From the NCBI GenBank assembly GCA_947483345.1, contig CANKNL010000001.1, forward strand, positions 1-39,515: 39,515 bases of DNA. The letters are read 5' to 3'. Shown here piece after piece: positions 16,806-25,959 of this stretch; the first letter of the stretch is position 1, and each line of letters opens with the position of its first letter. The translations under genes and the position numbers were made by a program. The notes below the pieces were generated by a model. That model made no database searches. It had not been told where the DNA came from and saw nothing but the letters and a program-made list of their open reading frames with translations. Source of the stretch: Chitinophagaceae bacterium (GTDB lineage Bacteria; Bacteroidota; Bacteroidia; Chitinophagales; Chitinophagaceae).

Positions 16806-19601
16806 CTAATAGGTGAATGTAATTCCCGCACCCAGCCCCATATCACTATCATAGTGGGTAGATAGAGAAATATATTTTCCTGCTATATACCTAAGCCCAG
16901 CCATATATTCCTTATCTGTATTAATCATCCATGCAAAACGAAACCGGGGAGTAACAGGAATATCTTCTCTTGACAACTGGAAACGAAATTTACCATTTCC
17001 ATCTATTCTAAAATCTGCCACAGTTAATGTAGGCAAAGTATATGCAATACCTGCAACCACTGTTTTCCTGTTATTCTTATTACTTGTCTGGCCAAACCAG
17101 TTTTTTGCTTCGCTGCCAAACCAGTTTTTAGGGCCGCCTTCAACTTTATAGTGATAATCAAAGCCTACATAGGGGTATAACCACTGCATGCGACCCAGGT
17201 AACGGCCTATCATTGTTTCGCTTTCGTAGCCGTGCATATCATGATAGCCTAAATGCCAGAGGGTACTTATTTTCCATCTTGTTTGGGCAAACATTGCTTC
17301 ACCATCACTTCCATTGAACTCTATACCAACCCTTGCCATAAAGTGCATCTTCCGGTCATCTGCAAATAATTTTTTCTGCGCAAACTTAGGATCGGGCAAA
17401 TTGGGCGCTGATGCGGAATCTATAGTAGTGTAGCTAAACACCCGTCCCATACCACTCATCATGTGATAGAGAATATGGCAGTGAAAAAACCAATCACCTT
17501 CTGCATTCGCAGCAAATTCAATGGTATCTCTTTCCATAGGCATGATGTCGATGATATTCTTCAAAGGTGAATATTCGCCCTGACCGTTTAGTAACCTGAA
17601 ATCATGCCCGTGCAAGTGCATGGGGTGGCGCATCATGCTATTGTTGTAAAGTATGATCCTTACGTTTTCACCTTTCTTAATTAATATCTTATCGCTCTCT
17701 GAAACGGTTTTATTATCCAGTGTCCATACATAACGGTTCATGTTCCCGGTGAGATCAAATTTGAGTTCTTTCAATGGCCCTTGTTGTAAGGTTGTTTTTT
17801 CAGTAGCCTTTAGCATGGTATAATTCAGTGTAACAATATCAGGATTCTCAGTTTCCATATTCATACCCTGCATACTATTGTTATTGGGTATTTGCATATT
17901 ATGCACAGGCATAGATTCATTTTTTTTATTCCCCTTTTGTTTTTCCTCCCCGGTTATTTCCGGGTACATCACTGTGTTCATGTCCATGATCTGATTACTC
18001 ATCTCCATTCCCATTGGCATCATGTTCCCGTTCATATCCATCATATCATTCATCATTTTCATGCCCGCGAAATATTTCAGTTTTGGCAATTTTACTGCAG
18101 GCACTTTCTCTCCAGTACCCAGCCATAAAGAAGCTGATTTCGTTCTATCCTCAGGTGTTACCAGGAATTCATAGCTCTTATTTTCCGGAATGGTCACAAT
18201 AACATCATATGTTTCTGATACAGCAATTATCAACCTGTCTACTTCCACGGGTTCCACATCATTGCCATCGGTAGCCACTACGGTTATTTTGCCACCTGAA
18301 TATGTAAGCCAAAAATAAGAGGAAGCGCCTCCGTTTGCAATCCTCAACCTAACTTTATCGCCTGCCTTAAACTGTGATTGTTCATATTGGTTCTTACCAT
18401 TTACCAGAAATCTGTCATACGCGACATCACTAACATCCATTGCATTCATGCGTTTCCACTCGTTGGTGAGTTTGGTTTTGAGGTGCCCTGTTTTTATTGC
18501 TTCGCTGAAACTCTGCGTAGTGCCTTTTTTTATGGCAAACCAGTCAGTAGCATTGTGCAGGCTGCGATGGACTTCTTCTGGTTTCATATCTGTCCAGTCG
18601 CTTAGTACCACAGGTACGGTCGGAATATCCCACTCGGCTCGCTTGTTCATAACAAAAGCACCGTACATTCCTATTTGTTCCTGTAATTGGCTATGACTAT
18701 GATACCAATGCGTACCATGTTGTATTATGGGGAACCTGTAGATATATGTAGTATGCGGCTTAATGGGCATTTGTGTTAGAAATGGCACTCCATCCATCCT
18801 GTTGGGAAGAAATAAACCGTGCCAGTGAAGGGATGTTTCTTCATCCAGGTTATTGTGCACATATATTTCTGCGGTATCTCCTTCTGTAAACGTCAACGTC
18901 GGCATGGGGATCTGGCCGTTCACAGCAATAGCTCTTTTGGCTTTCTTTCCGAATGTTACCATTGTATCGGTGATATATAAATCATACCGTACTGTTCGAG
19001 GTGGGATGTTATTTACAATAGTTTTTATTTTTTCCGTCATTGGCTTTTGCATTTTATCCATCTTCATATCGCCCATGTCCATTGACTTTTCTTTTACACT
19101 GTCTTTGATCATTTGCATTGAATCGTTTTTATTGACCATCGGGTTAGGAACTGCCTTAGGTTTTTCCTTTATTAACTTCATGCCGCATTTGGGACAGTTG
19201 CCGGGCTTGGCTGAATGGATCTCGGGGTGCATGGTACAGGTATATGTTACTGGCTGCGTAGGAAGGGTATCTACCGGCATTTTTATTTTGTCGACAGTCT
19301 CGTTATTATCCGCGCTCACCGTCTTTTGATTAGCCGTATCCATTGGCATTTGCATTACCGGTTGTTTATTGATCACTGGCTTTGCAACGGTCTTAGGTTT
19401 TTCTTTAACCAGTTTCATCCCGCAAATAGGACAGTTACCTGGTTTGTTTGCGTGAATCTGAGGATGCATTGGACATGTATAAGTAACAGGTTGGGGTTGT
19501 TTTGTATTTTGCTTCTTAGGCATATCCATTCCCTTCATATCCTGAGCATATCCCATTGAATGTATTACCAATGCCAGACCTATTATGATCATCTTCTTCA
19601 T
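16806..19601 (-). CDS. Multicopper oxidase with two N-terminal heavy-metal-binding (YTCxMHP) domains and a C-terminal beta-barrel-like domain
   Basis: HWHG, WYHSH, HPMHLHGH, HCHILYHM; Met-rich linkers; aromatic-ending C-terminus. Confidence 0.93.
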   Translation of the reverse strand: MKKMIIIGLALVIHSMGYAQDMKGMDMPKKQNTKQPQPVTYTCPMHPQIHANKPGNCPICGMKLVKEKPKTVAKPVINKQPVMQMPMDTANQKTVSADNNETVDKIKMPVDTLPTQPVTYTCTMHPEIHSAKPGNCPKCGMKLIKEKPKAVPNPMVNKNDSMQMIKDSVKEKSMDMGDMKMDKMQKPMTEKIKTIVNNIPPRTVRYDLYITDTMVTFGKKAKRAIAVNGQIPMPTLTFTEGDTAEIYVHNNLDEETSLHWHGLFLPNRMDGVPFLTQMPIKPHTTYIYRFPIIQHGTHWYHSHSQLQEQIGMYGAFVMNKRAEWDIPTVPVVLSDWTDMKPEEVHRSLHNATDWFAIKKGTTQSFSEAIKTGHLKTKLTNEWKRMNAMDVSDVAYDRFLVNGKNQYEQSQFKAGDKVRLRIANGGASSYFWLTYSGGKITVVATDGNDVEPVEVDRLIIAVSETYDVIVTIPENKSYEFLVTPEDRTKSASLWLGTGEKVPAVKLPKLKYFAGMKMMNDMMDMNGNMMPMGMEMSNQIMDMNTVMYPEITGEEKQKGNKKNESMPVHNMQIPNNNSMQGMNMETENPDIVTLNYTMLKATEKTTLQQGPLKELKFDLTGNMNRYVWTLDNKTVSESDKILIKKGENVRIILYNNSMMRHPMHLHGHDFRLLNGQGEYSPLKNIIDIMPMERDTIEFAANAEGDWFFHCHILYHMMSGMGRVFSYTTIDSASAPNLPDPKFAQKKLFADDRKMHFMARVGIEFNGSDGEAMFAQTRWKISTLWHLGYHDMHGYESETMIGRYLGRMQWLYPYVGFDYHYKVEGGPKNWFGSEAKNWFGQTSNKNNRKTVVAGIAYTLPTLTVADFRIDGNGKFRFQLSREDIPVTPRFRFAWMINTDKEYMAGLRYIAGKYISLSTHYDSDMGLGAGITFTY

Positions 19602-19605
19602 TTTC

Positions 19606-21726
19606 TTATTTTTTTATCTTTAACATACTTGCGTTGATAGCAACCACAATTGTACTTACCGTCATTAACACCGCACCGGCTGCTGGGCTCAGTAAAATTC
19701 CCTGCTTGTATAAAATACCTGCTGCTAATGGTAATGCCACAATATTGTAGCCAGTAGCCCAAATTAAATTCTGGATCATTTTGCGATAAGTAGCTTTGCC
19801 AAACAGCACCAGGTTTACAATGTCTTTTGGATTGCTGTTTACCAAAACTATACCTGCTGTCTCCGCAGCAATATCACTGCCGTTCCCAATGGCAATGCCA
19901 ACATCGGCCTGGGCCAAAGCGGGTGCATCATTTACGCCATCACCTGTCATAGCTACAAATTCACCTTTGCCTTGTAATTCTTTTATCTTCTCTAATTTTT
20001 GATGGGGTAATACTTCCGCAATAAAGCTGTCCATACCAATAGTTTCACTTACGGCTTTTGCCACCTTATTGTTATCGCCAGTAAGCAAGATTGATTTAAT
20101 ATGGTTTTGTTTCAGGACTTTAATTGCATCGGAAGATTCAGGCCTTATTTCATCCGACAAAGCAATATATCCTGCTAGCTCATTGTTGATCAATACAAAC
20201 ACAACCGTTTCAGTATCGTTGGCAGCAAAGCTGTCCGGAAGAGAAATACTATTTTCTTTTAAATATCCGGGGCTAACAACCAATGTCTTTTTACCTTCTA
20301 CAGTAGCTTCAACGCCCTTTCCAGTGATGGCATTAAAATTTTCAGTGGGTGGAATGGTAACTAATAAATCTTTTGCTTTTTGCAGGATACCTGTTGCAAT
20401 TGGATGCTCGGATTTTTGTTCTAATGCAGCCGCCATGCGGATGATCTCATTTTCACTAAGGTCTTTTTGAAGTGAAACAATTTTCGATACTTCAAATTTG
20501 CCAACTGTAAGTGTGCCGGTTTTATCAAATACAATGGTGGTGATCTTTCTCGAATTTTCAAATGCTGTCCTGTTCTTTATGAGCAAACCATTTTTAGCAG
20601 ATAAAGCCGTTGATTTTGCCACTACCAACGGTACTGCAAGGCCCAGAGCATGAGGGCAACAAATGACAATCACTGTGACCATTCTTTCCATCGCAAAGGC
20701 CAAGGATTGGCCCGTTAAATACCAATATAAAAATGTAGTCACCCCTGCAAGCAATGCAATAATGGTTAACCATTTTGCTGCAGTATCAGCCAATAACTGG
20801 GTCTTTGATTTTGATTTCTGTGCGTCATCCACTAACTTAATTACCTGAGATAGGTAAGAATCTTTCGCTGCATGTAAAACCGTAACTTTTATTGAACCGT
20901 TGCCATTAATTGCACCAGCAATTACTTTATCACCTTTTTGTTTTTGAACCGGTTTTGACTCGCCGGTTAGCATGGATTCATTCAAATAACTCTCGCCTTC
21001 CAATATTATTCCGTCAGCAGCCACCTTCTCTCCGGGCTTTACCAAAATGACATCATTTTCCTTAAGCGTATCGGTCTTTACATCATGAACCATCGTTGGC
21101 ATTACCATGTGGGCATCTGCAGGCATCAACTGTACCAATAACTCCAATTCTTTGGATGCCCCTGCAACAGATCTCATTTCAATCCAATGGCCCAGGAGCA
21201 TAATGAGAATAAGTGTTGCCAGTTCCCAAAAGAAATCCATCCCCTCTAAACCAAAAACAATTGCTACACTATAGATGTATGCAACTGTAATAGCAAAGCC
21301 GATCAGGAACATCATGCCGGGGTTCTTTGCTTTGGCTTCGTCAACCAATCCTTTTAAGAAAGGCCAGCCGCCATAAAGAAATACGATAGTAGATAAGCCA
21401 AACAATACATATTGTGAACCTGTAAACTGCCAATGCACACCCAGCCAATGCTGGATCATAGTTGACAGCAGCATGATGGGAATGGTAAGGGCCAGTACTA
21501 CATAAAACCGTTTCCGGAAATCTGCGATCATGCTGTTATGATCATGTCCTTCGTGGCCCATTGTTGGATTGGTACCATGCTGATGAGTTGCCATGCCGGC
21601 AGTGGTTTCAGTATCCTTTTTTAATACCAGTGCCATTCCGCAAATTGGACAGGTGCCTGTTTTGTCCTGGACAATCTGTGGATGCATTGGGCAGGTGTAT
21701 TTTTTTGGCTGATGTTGATGTTCCAT
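19606..21726 (-). CDS. copB: Copper-translocating P1B ATPase (CPH type)
   Basis: YTCPMHP domain, His-rich linker, CCPHALG, DKTGT, YN, GDGVND. Confidence 0.9.
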   Translation of the reverse strand: MEHQHQPKKYTCPMHPQIVQDKTGTCPICGMALVLKKDTETTAGMATHQHGTNPTMGHEGHDHNSMIADFRKRFYVVLALTIPIMLLSTMIQHWLGVHWQFTGSQYVLFGLSTIVFLYGGWPFLKGLVDEAKAKNPGMMFLIGFAITVAYIYSVAIVFGLEGMDFFWELATLILIMLLGHWIEMRSVAGASKELELLVQLMPADAHMVMPTMVHDVKTDTLKENDVILVKPGEKVAADGIILEGESYLNESMLTGESKPVQKQKGDKVIAGAINGNGSIKVTVLHAAKDSYLSQVIKLVDDAQKSKSKTQLLADTAAKWLTIIALLAGVTTFLYWYLTGQSLAFAMERMVTVIVICCPHALGLAVPLVVAKSTALSAKNGLLIKNRTAFENSRKITTIVFDKTGTLTVGKFEVSKIVSLQKDLSENEIIRMAAALEQKSEHPIATGILQKAKDLLVTIPPTENFNAITGKGVEATVEGKKTLVVSPGYLKENSISLPDSFAANDTETVVFVLINNELAGYIALSDEIRPESSDAIKVLKQNHIKSILLTGDNNKVAKAVSETIGMDSFIAEVLPHQKLEKIKELQGKGEFVAMTGDGVNDAPALAQADVGIAIGNGSDIAAETAGIVLVNSNPKDIVNLVLFGKATYRKMIQNLIWATGYNIVALPLAAGILYKQGILLSPAAGAVLMTVSTIVVAINASMLKIKK

Positions 21727-21735
21727 AATAAATAG

Positions 21736-21810
21736 TTATTTGCAGCAATCTTTTTTCCGGATAAAAATTGCTTTAAAAATCCTGATCAATATTTTCTTTA
21801 TTGTAACCAT
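21736..21810 (-). CDS. 24-aa micro-ORF MVTIKKILIRIFKAIFIRKKDCCK
   Basis: Hand translation; fills the gap 1 nt after the heme-protein stop and 9 nt before the Cu-ATPase start. Confidence 0.5.
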   Translation of the reverse strand: MVTIKKILIRIFKAIFIRKKDCCK

Positions 21811-21811
21811 T

Positions 21812-22279
21812 TTAATTTTTTAATGCCAGGCTGTCTTTTGATCGCTGTACCCAATCAGTAATGAGTGCCTTTTGATCAATAGAAAGCCGTGCATTTTTGT
21901 GCATCCATTTATAGGATGCTATTGGCATGATATTGTCCCTGATACTATTACCAATTCCGGACAGCTTGCTTAACTGCTTTCTTGGCGAATAACTACCAAA
22001 CTCACTAAAGTTCAATACTGATTTACCCTGCCTGATATGTTTTGCCATTAGCCAACCCATCGGCTGTATATTTACATACCAGGGATAGTTGGTATTGTTG
22101 CTGTGGCAATCATAACAGGTATTTTTTAGAATAACCTGAACACTATCAGGAACGCTGAGCATTCGTGAAATATCAGTTGGCAATATCTGCCCGTTTTTAT
22201 TACGGGCAGGCTGTATAAACTGGATGGCTATGAATACAACAAGAATTGCAAGTAATATTTTCTTTATAATGCGACGCAT
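21812..22279 (-). CDS. Heme-binding domain (c-type, CxxCH) protein
   Basis: IQFIQP, CYDCHSNNT.YPWY, LNFSEFG, MP..SY..MH. Confidence 0.9.
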   Translation of the reverse strand: MRRIIKKILLAILVVFIAIQFIQPARNKNGQILPTDISRMLSVPDSVQVILKNTCYDCHSNNTNYPWYVNIQPMGWLMAKHIRQGKSVLNFSEFGSYSPRKQLSKLSGIGNSIRDNIMPIASYKWMHKNARLSIDQKALITDWVQRSKDSLALKN

Positions 22280-22281
22280 GG

Positions 22282-22983
22282 CTATTTTATTTCTTCTTTC
22301 ACTGTTCCACAGGTTGGCATTGCTTTACCCAGGTAAGGATTACTGATCTCCTTTGTTTCGCTGATCCAAAAGGCGCCTTTGCCTTTATTATACATCGGGC
22401 AAAAGTCTTTATAGAGGGGCTGTCCGGCTCCAAACGCTTTTACCAGGTCGTACATATCTTTGCTCAGCATTTCAAAATGCTCCCGTTGATGTGCAATATT
22501 TCCGCCGTTTTTACCAATATGCTCGGCATGCTCGCTTGCATCATCTGCGATGTCTTCAAATGTTTTCTTTTGTGCCTCCGATAAAGCAGTCCTGTCGAAA
22601 TTCTTAAAGTCATTTTCTAATAATGTTCCCGCAGATGCAGCATCAGTAGAATTATCCTTGGCAAAAGCATTTTTTAATTGCAAATATGCGTTTACTATCT
22701 CTTTAACGGAAACCGTTGCTTTTACATCCTTGTTAGAAGAAACAGTAGATGGTGTTGTACTGCTTTTTACTTCTTTTAAGTACATGCCGCATTTATAACA
22801 GGTATCACCATTTTTTCCTGTTACTTCGGGGTGCATTGGACATGCATACACCACCCCTGTATCAGATCTTTTAGCACTAGAATCTTTTTTTTCAGATTGA
22901 CTTTCTATTGATTTATTGTTGCCGCTATTACATGCAGTCAATGCAATGACAATTACAGCCATGCTAATAATAATTTTTTTCAT
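22282..22983 (-). CDS. DUF3347 lipoprotein with heavy-metal-binding domain
   Basis: LTAC lipobox, YACPMHP, YLQLKNA, HQREHF, CPM...W.S...I.NPY.G..M..CG. Confidence 0.9.
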   Translation of the reverse strand: MKKIIISMAVIVIALTACNSGNNKSIESQSEKKDSSAKRSDTGVVYACPMHPEVTGKNGDTCYKCGMYLKEVKSSTTPSTVSSNKDVKATVSVKEIVNAYLQLKNAFAKDNSTDAASAGTLLENDFKNFDRTALSEAQKKTFEDIADDASEHAEHIGKNGGNIAHQREHFEMLSKDMYDLVKAFGAGQPLYKDFCPMYNKGKGAFWISETKEISNPYLGKAMPTCGTVKEEIK

Positions 22984-23056
22984 CTTTTCGTTTTTTTATC
23001 ATGCCATCCATTACCCATCTTTTATATACACGGTGTGAGGGAAGGCATAGGTTTAC

Positions 23057-23340
23057 TTATAATGTTGCTTTAACACTGCCGCATGTAAGCATCATGCTTC
23101 CGTAGTAGGGATTTTTGATCACCTTACTATTGCTTAGCCAGGACGCCTGTTTCATGGGGCAGTACTGCTGATAGACCGGTTCGGTAGAGAGCTTTACTGA
23201 TTTGGCCAGGATAAACATATTGGCAGATAATGTGGCAAACTTTACTCTTTGTACTTTAAGGTCTTTGGTTTGGTATATAGCCCCTGCGTCGCTTAATAGC
23301 TCTTTGCGGCTGTCCTCTTTGACTGTTGCCGTATCTATAT
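23057..23340 (-). pseudogene. DUF3347 gene, 5'-truncated by IS21
   Basis: C-terminal QR..F..LS, YCPMK.ASWLS...NPYYG..MLTCG intact; N-terminus replaced by the IS end at 23341. Confidence 0.85.
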
Positions 23341-23514
23341 TGGAAAATCCAGTCAATGTGACCACCTAAATCCAATTGAAGTTGACCAGCTAAATCCAGT
23401 GCAAACTGACCAGTCAAATCCAATCCAAACTGACCACCCCCTACGCTGTATTTAAATAAGGTTGTTTTAACGGCCATTTATGTTGGAAGTTGGGTTCTAA
23501 ACCCAAAATCAGAC

Positions 23515-25065
23515 ATGGCTAATAAAACACTTCTTATGACTAAGATAAGACAGATCCTTCGTTCTTTTACCATGGGTAAGAGTAAGGTACAGATTAGTGA
23601 TCAAACGGGAGTATCCCGTAATACTGTAAAGAAATACATACGTAAATTTCTTTCAGAGAAACTGACCTTCGACATGCTCAGCACAATCTCAGATGCAGAG
23701 TTAGAGGTTTTGTTTGGTTCAGCAGCACCTCCTGAAAAGGGATTGCGGTATGAACAACTACAACAAATGCTTCCTGATTTGGAGAAGTACTTTAAGCAAA
23801 AGGGTGTAACCATACGCATGTTATGGTCACGCTATCTTCAAGTGTACCCTGACGGATATGGACATTCTCAGTTCAACACTTACTTTACTATTTATACTGG
23901 TCGTGCTAAGGCTGTTATGCATATAAATCATAAGGCTGGGGACAAGATGTACATAGACTTTGCTGGAGAGAAGTTAAGTATTACAGAAAAAGCAACTGGG
24001 GAGGTACAAGTGGTCGAAGTATTTATTGCTATACTGGGCTGTAGTCAGCTTACTTATGTAGAAGCTGTATCTACTCAACGTAGGCAAGATTTTATCAGTG
24101 CCTGTGAAAATGCGATGCAATATTTTGGAGGAGTTCCGGCTGCCATTGTGCCTGATAATTTAAAATCTGCTGTTACTAAAAGCAGTAAATATGAGCCCAC
24201 TATCAATGAAGCTTTTGCTGACTTTGCAGAACATTATGGCACTGCTGTTCTTCCAGCCAGGGTGTACCGTCCAAGAGATAAATCATTGGTAGAAGGGATG
24301 GTAAAAATTGTATATAACCGCATATACACACAGTTAAGTTCACATACTTACTTTACGCTTGAAACACTTAATGGCGCCATTAAGGAAGCATTAGAACAAT
24401 TAAACAATGCTCCCTTTAAAGGACGTAACTATAGTCGTCGTCAGCAGTTTGAAGAGATTGAAAAGGCAACCCTACAACCTTTGCCAGTGTATCGTTATGA
24501 ATTTAAACAGCAGCATATTGTTACAGTAATGAAAAATGGTCATGTATGCCTTGCTGTTGATAAACATTATTACAGCGTACCATACCGGTTTATTGGCAGG
24601 AAAGTTAAAATACAATATACTGCTGCGGGCGTAGTGATTTATTATAAGTACGAACAGATAGCAGTACATCAGCGGCAATACCGCAAATATCACTACACTA
24701 CCACCGATGAACACCTTGCCTCTGCGCATCGTTACTTAAGTGAATGGACACCCGAAAAATTTATTGAACAAGCAGAAGCTATAGATGAAGAAGTGGCTAA
24801 TTATATCATGCGTGTAATTGAAAACAAACAGCATCCCGAACAGGCATATAAATCTTGTACTGGCATACTTAGCCTGGCACGTAAGGTAGGAAATGAAAGA
24901 TTAACAATGGCCTGCCGCAGAGCGAATAATTATGGAGTATACAATTATCCAATCATTGCACAAATACTGGAAAAAAAACTGGATGCATTAACAGAAGAAG
25001 AATTACAATTAGCACATAGTATGCCTCAGCATCAAAACATACGAGGTAGCGATTACTATCAATAA
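23515..25065 (+). CDS. istA: IS21 transposase
   Basis: N-terminal HTH, YIDFAG, VPDNLKSAV, PRDKSLVEG (DDE), H.NIRG..YY. Confidence 0.96.
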   Translation: MANKTLLMTKIRQILRSFTMGKSKVQISDQTGVSRNTVKKYIRKFLSEKLTFDMLSTISDAELEVLFGSAAPPEKGLRYEQLQQMLPDLEKYFKQKGVTIRMLWSRYLQVYPDGYGHSQFNTYFTIYTGRAKAVMHINHKAGDKMYIDFAGEKLSITEKATGEVQVVEVFIAILGCSQLTYVEAVSTQRRQDFISACENAMQYFGGVPAAIVPDNLKSAVTKSSKYEPTINEAFADFAEHYGTAVLPARVYRPRDKSLVEGMVKIVYNRIYTQLSSHTYFTLETLNGAIKEALEQLNNAPFKGRNYSRRQQFEEIEKATLQPLPVYRYEFKQQHIVTVMKNGHVCLAVDKHYYSVPYRFIGRKVKIQYTAAGVVIYYKYEQIAVHQRQYRKYHYTTTDEHLASAHRYLSEWTPEKFIEQAEAIDEEVANYIMRVIENKQHPEQAYKSCTGILSLARKVGNERLTMACRRANNYGVYNYPIIAQILEKKLDALTEEELQLAHSMPQHQNIRGSDYYQ

Positions 25066-25099
25066 AATAATTAATAACCACTCATAAAAATTAAATCAA

Positions 25100-25849
25100 A
25101 TGAACACAGACACACTCGACAAAATGAAACAAATGCGTTTGCTTGGTATGCACCGGGCTTTTAGAACTAGCGTAGAATCAGCAAAAAATGAACAGTTAAC
25201 TGCTGATGAGATGACAGCATTGCTTATTGACAGTGAATGGGATGAGCGACACAACCGTAACATTGAACGAACCACCAAGAATGCTCGCTTCCGTTATAAA
25301 GCTACTGTTGAACAATTGGATTATGATGGTGGCAGAGGGTTGGATAAAAATCAAATCCACCGCCTTGCTGATGGTAAATACATCACGCAAAATGAAAATA
25401 TCCTCATCACTGGAGCCACTGGAACAGGTAAAAGTTTTTTGGCCTCTGCTCTGGGTCAGCAGGCCTGCCAACAAGGTTTTAAAGTATTGTATGCTAATGC
25501 TACCCGCTTGTTTGCTCAACTCAAAATGGCCAAAGCAGATGGTTCTGCTATCAGAGATTTAGCTAAAATAGAAAGACAAGACCTGCTCATACTGGATGAC
25601 TTTGGAATACAACCATTCGATCAGACAAGCAGAGCTTCTTTACTAGAAATTATTGAAGACCGCCATGGAAAACGTTCCACCATTATTACATCACAGCTCC
25701 CAGTAAAACAGTGGCATGAAGTAATCGGAGAAAAAACAGTAGCTGATGCAATCCTTGACAGAATAATCAACAATACACAGCGTATTGAATTAAAAGGAGA
25801 ATCGCTCAGAAAAAAATGGAATAAAAAAACAGAAGACAACAACAAATAA
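25100..25849 (+). CDS. istB: IS21 helper ATPase
   Basis: GATGTGKS, LLILDDFG, TSQLP, ADAILDR. Confidence 0.96.
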   Translation: MNTDTLDKMKQMRLLGMHRAFRTSVESAKNEQLTADEMTALLIDSEWDERHNRNIERTTKNARFRYKATVEQLDYDGGRGLDKNQIHRLADGKYITQNENILITGATGTGKSFLASALGQQACQQGFKVLYANATRLFAQLKMAKADGSAIRDLAKIERQDLLILDDFGIQPFDQTSRASLLEIIEDRHGKRSTIITSQLPVKQWHEVIGEKTVADAILDRIINNTQRIELKGESLRKKWNKKTEDNNK

Positions 25850-25959
25850 ACCATTATTTTTAACAAATAAAATCAACCTTTTTGATGCAGCGTATGGACC
25901 TTAACTAAGGGTGGTCAGTTTGCACCGGATTTAGGTGGTCAATATCACCGGATTTTCCA

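Larger units (their letters stand above)
23341..25959 (+). mobile_element. IS21-family insertion sequence (2619 bp)
   Basis: TG...CA ends; left end tggaaaatccagtcaatgtgaccacctaaatcc matches the reverse complement of the right end; four left and two right subterminal repeats; istA-istB. Confidence 0.95.

Noticed and set aside
23345-23440. Four ~23-bp tandem repeats that resemble a mini CRISPR or iterons
   Set aside because: No unique spacers; they are subterminal repeats of the IS21 left end and recur inverted at the right end
23256-23477. 73-aa ORF with LDL.GQ repeats
   Set aside because: Translation artefact of the IS21 terminal repeats
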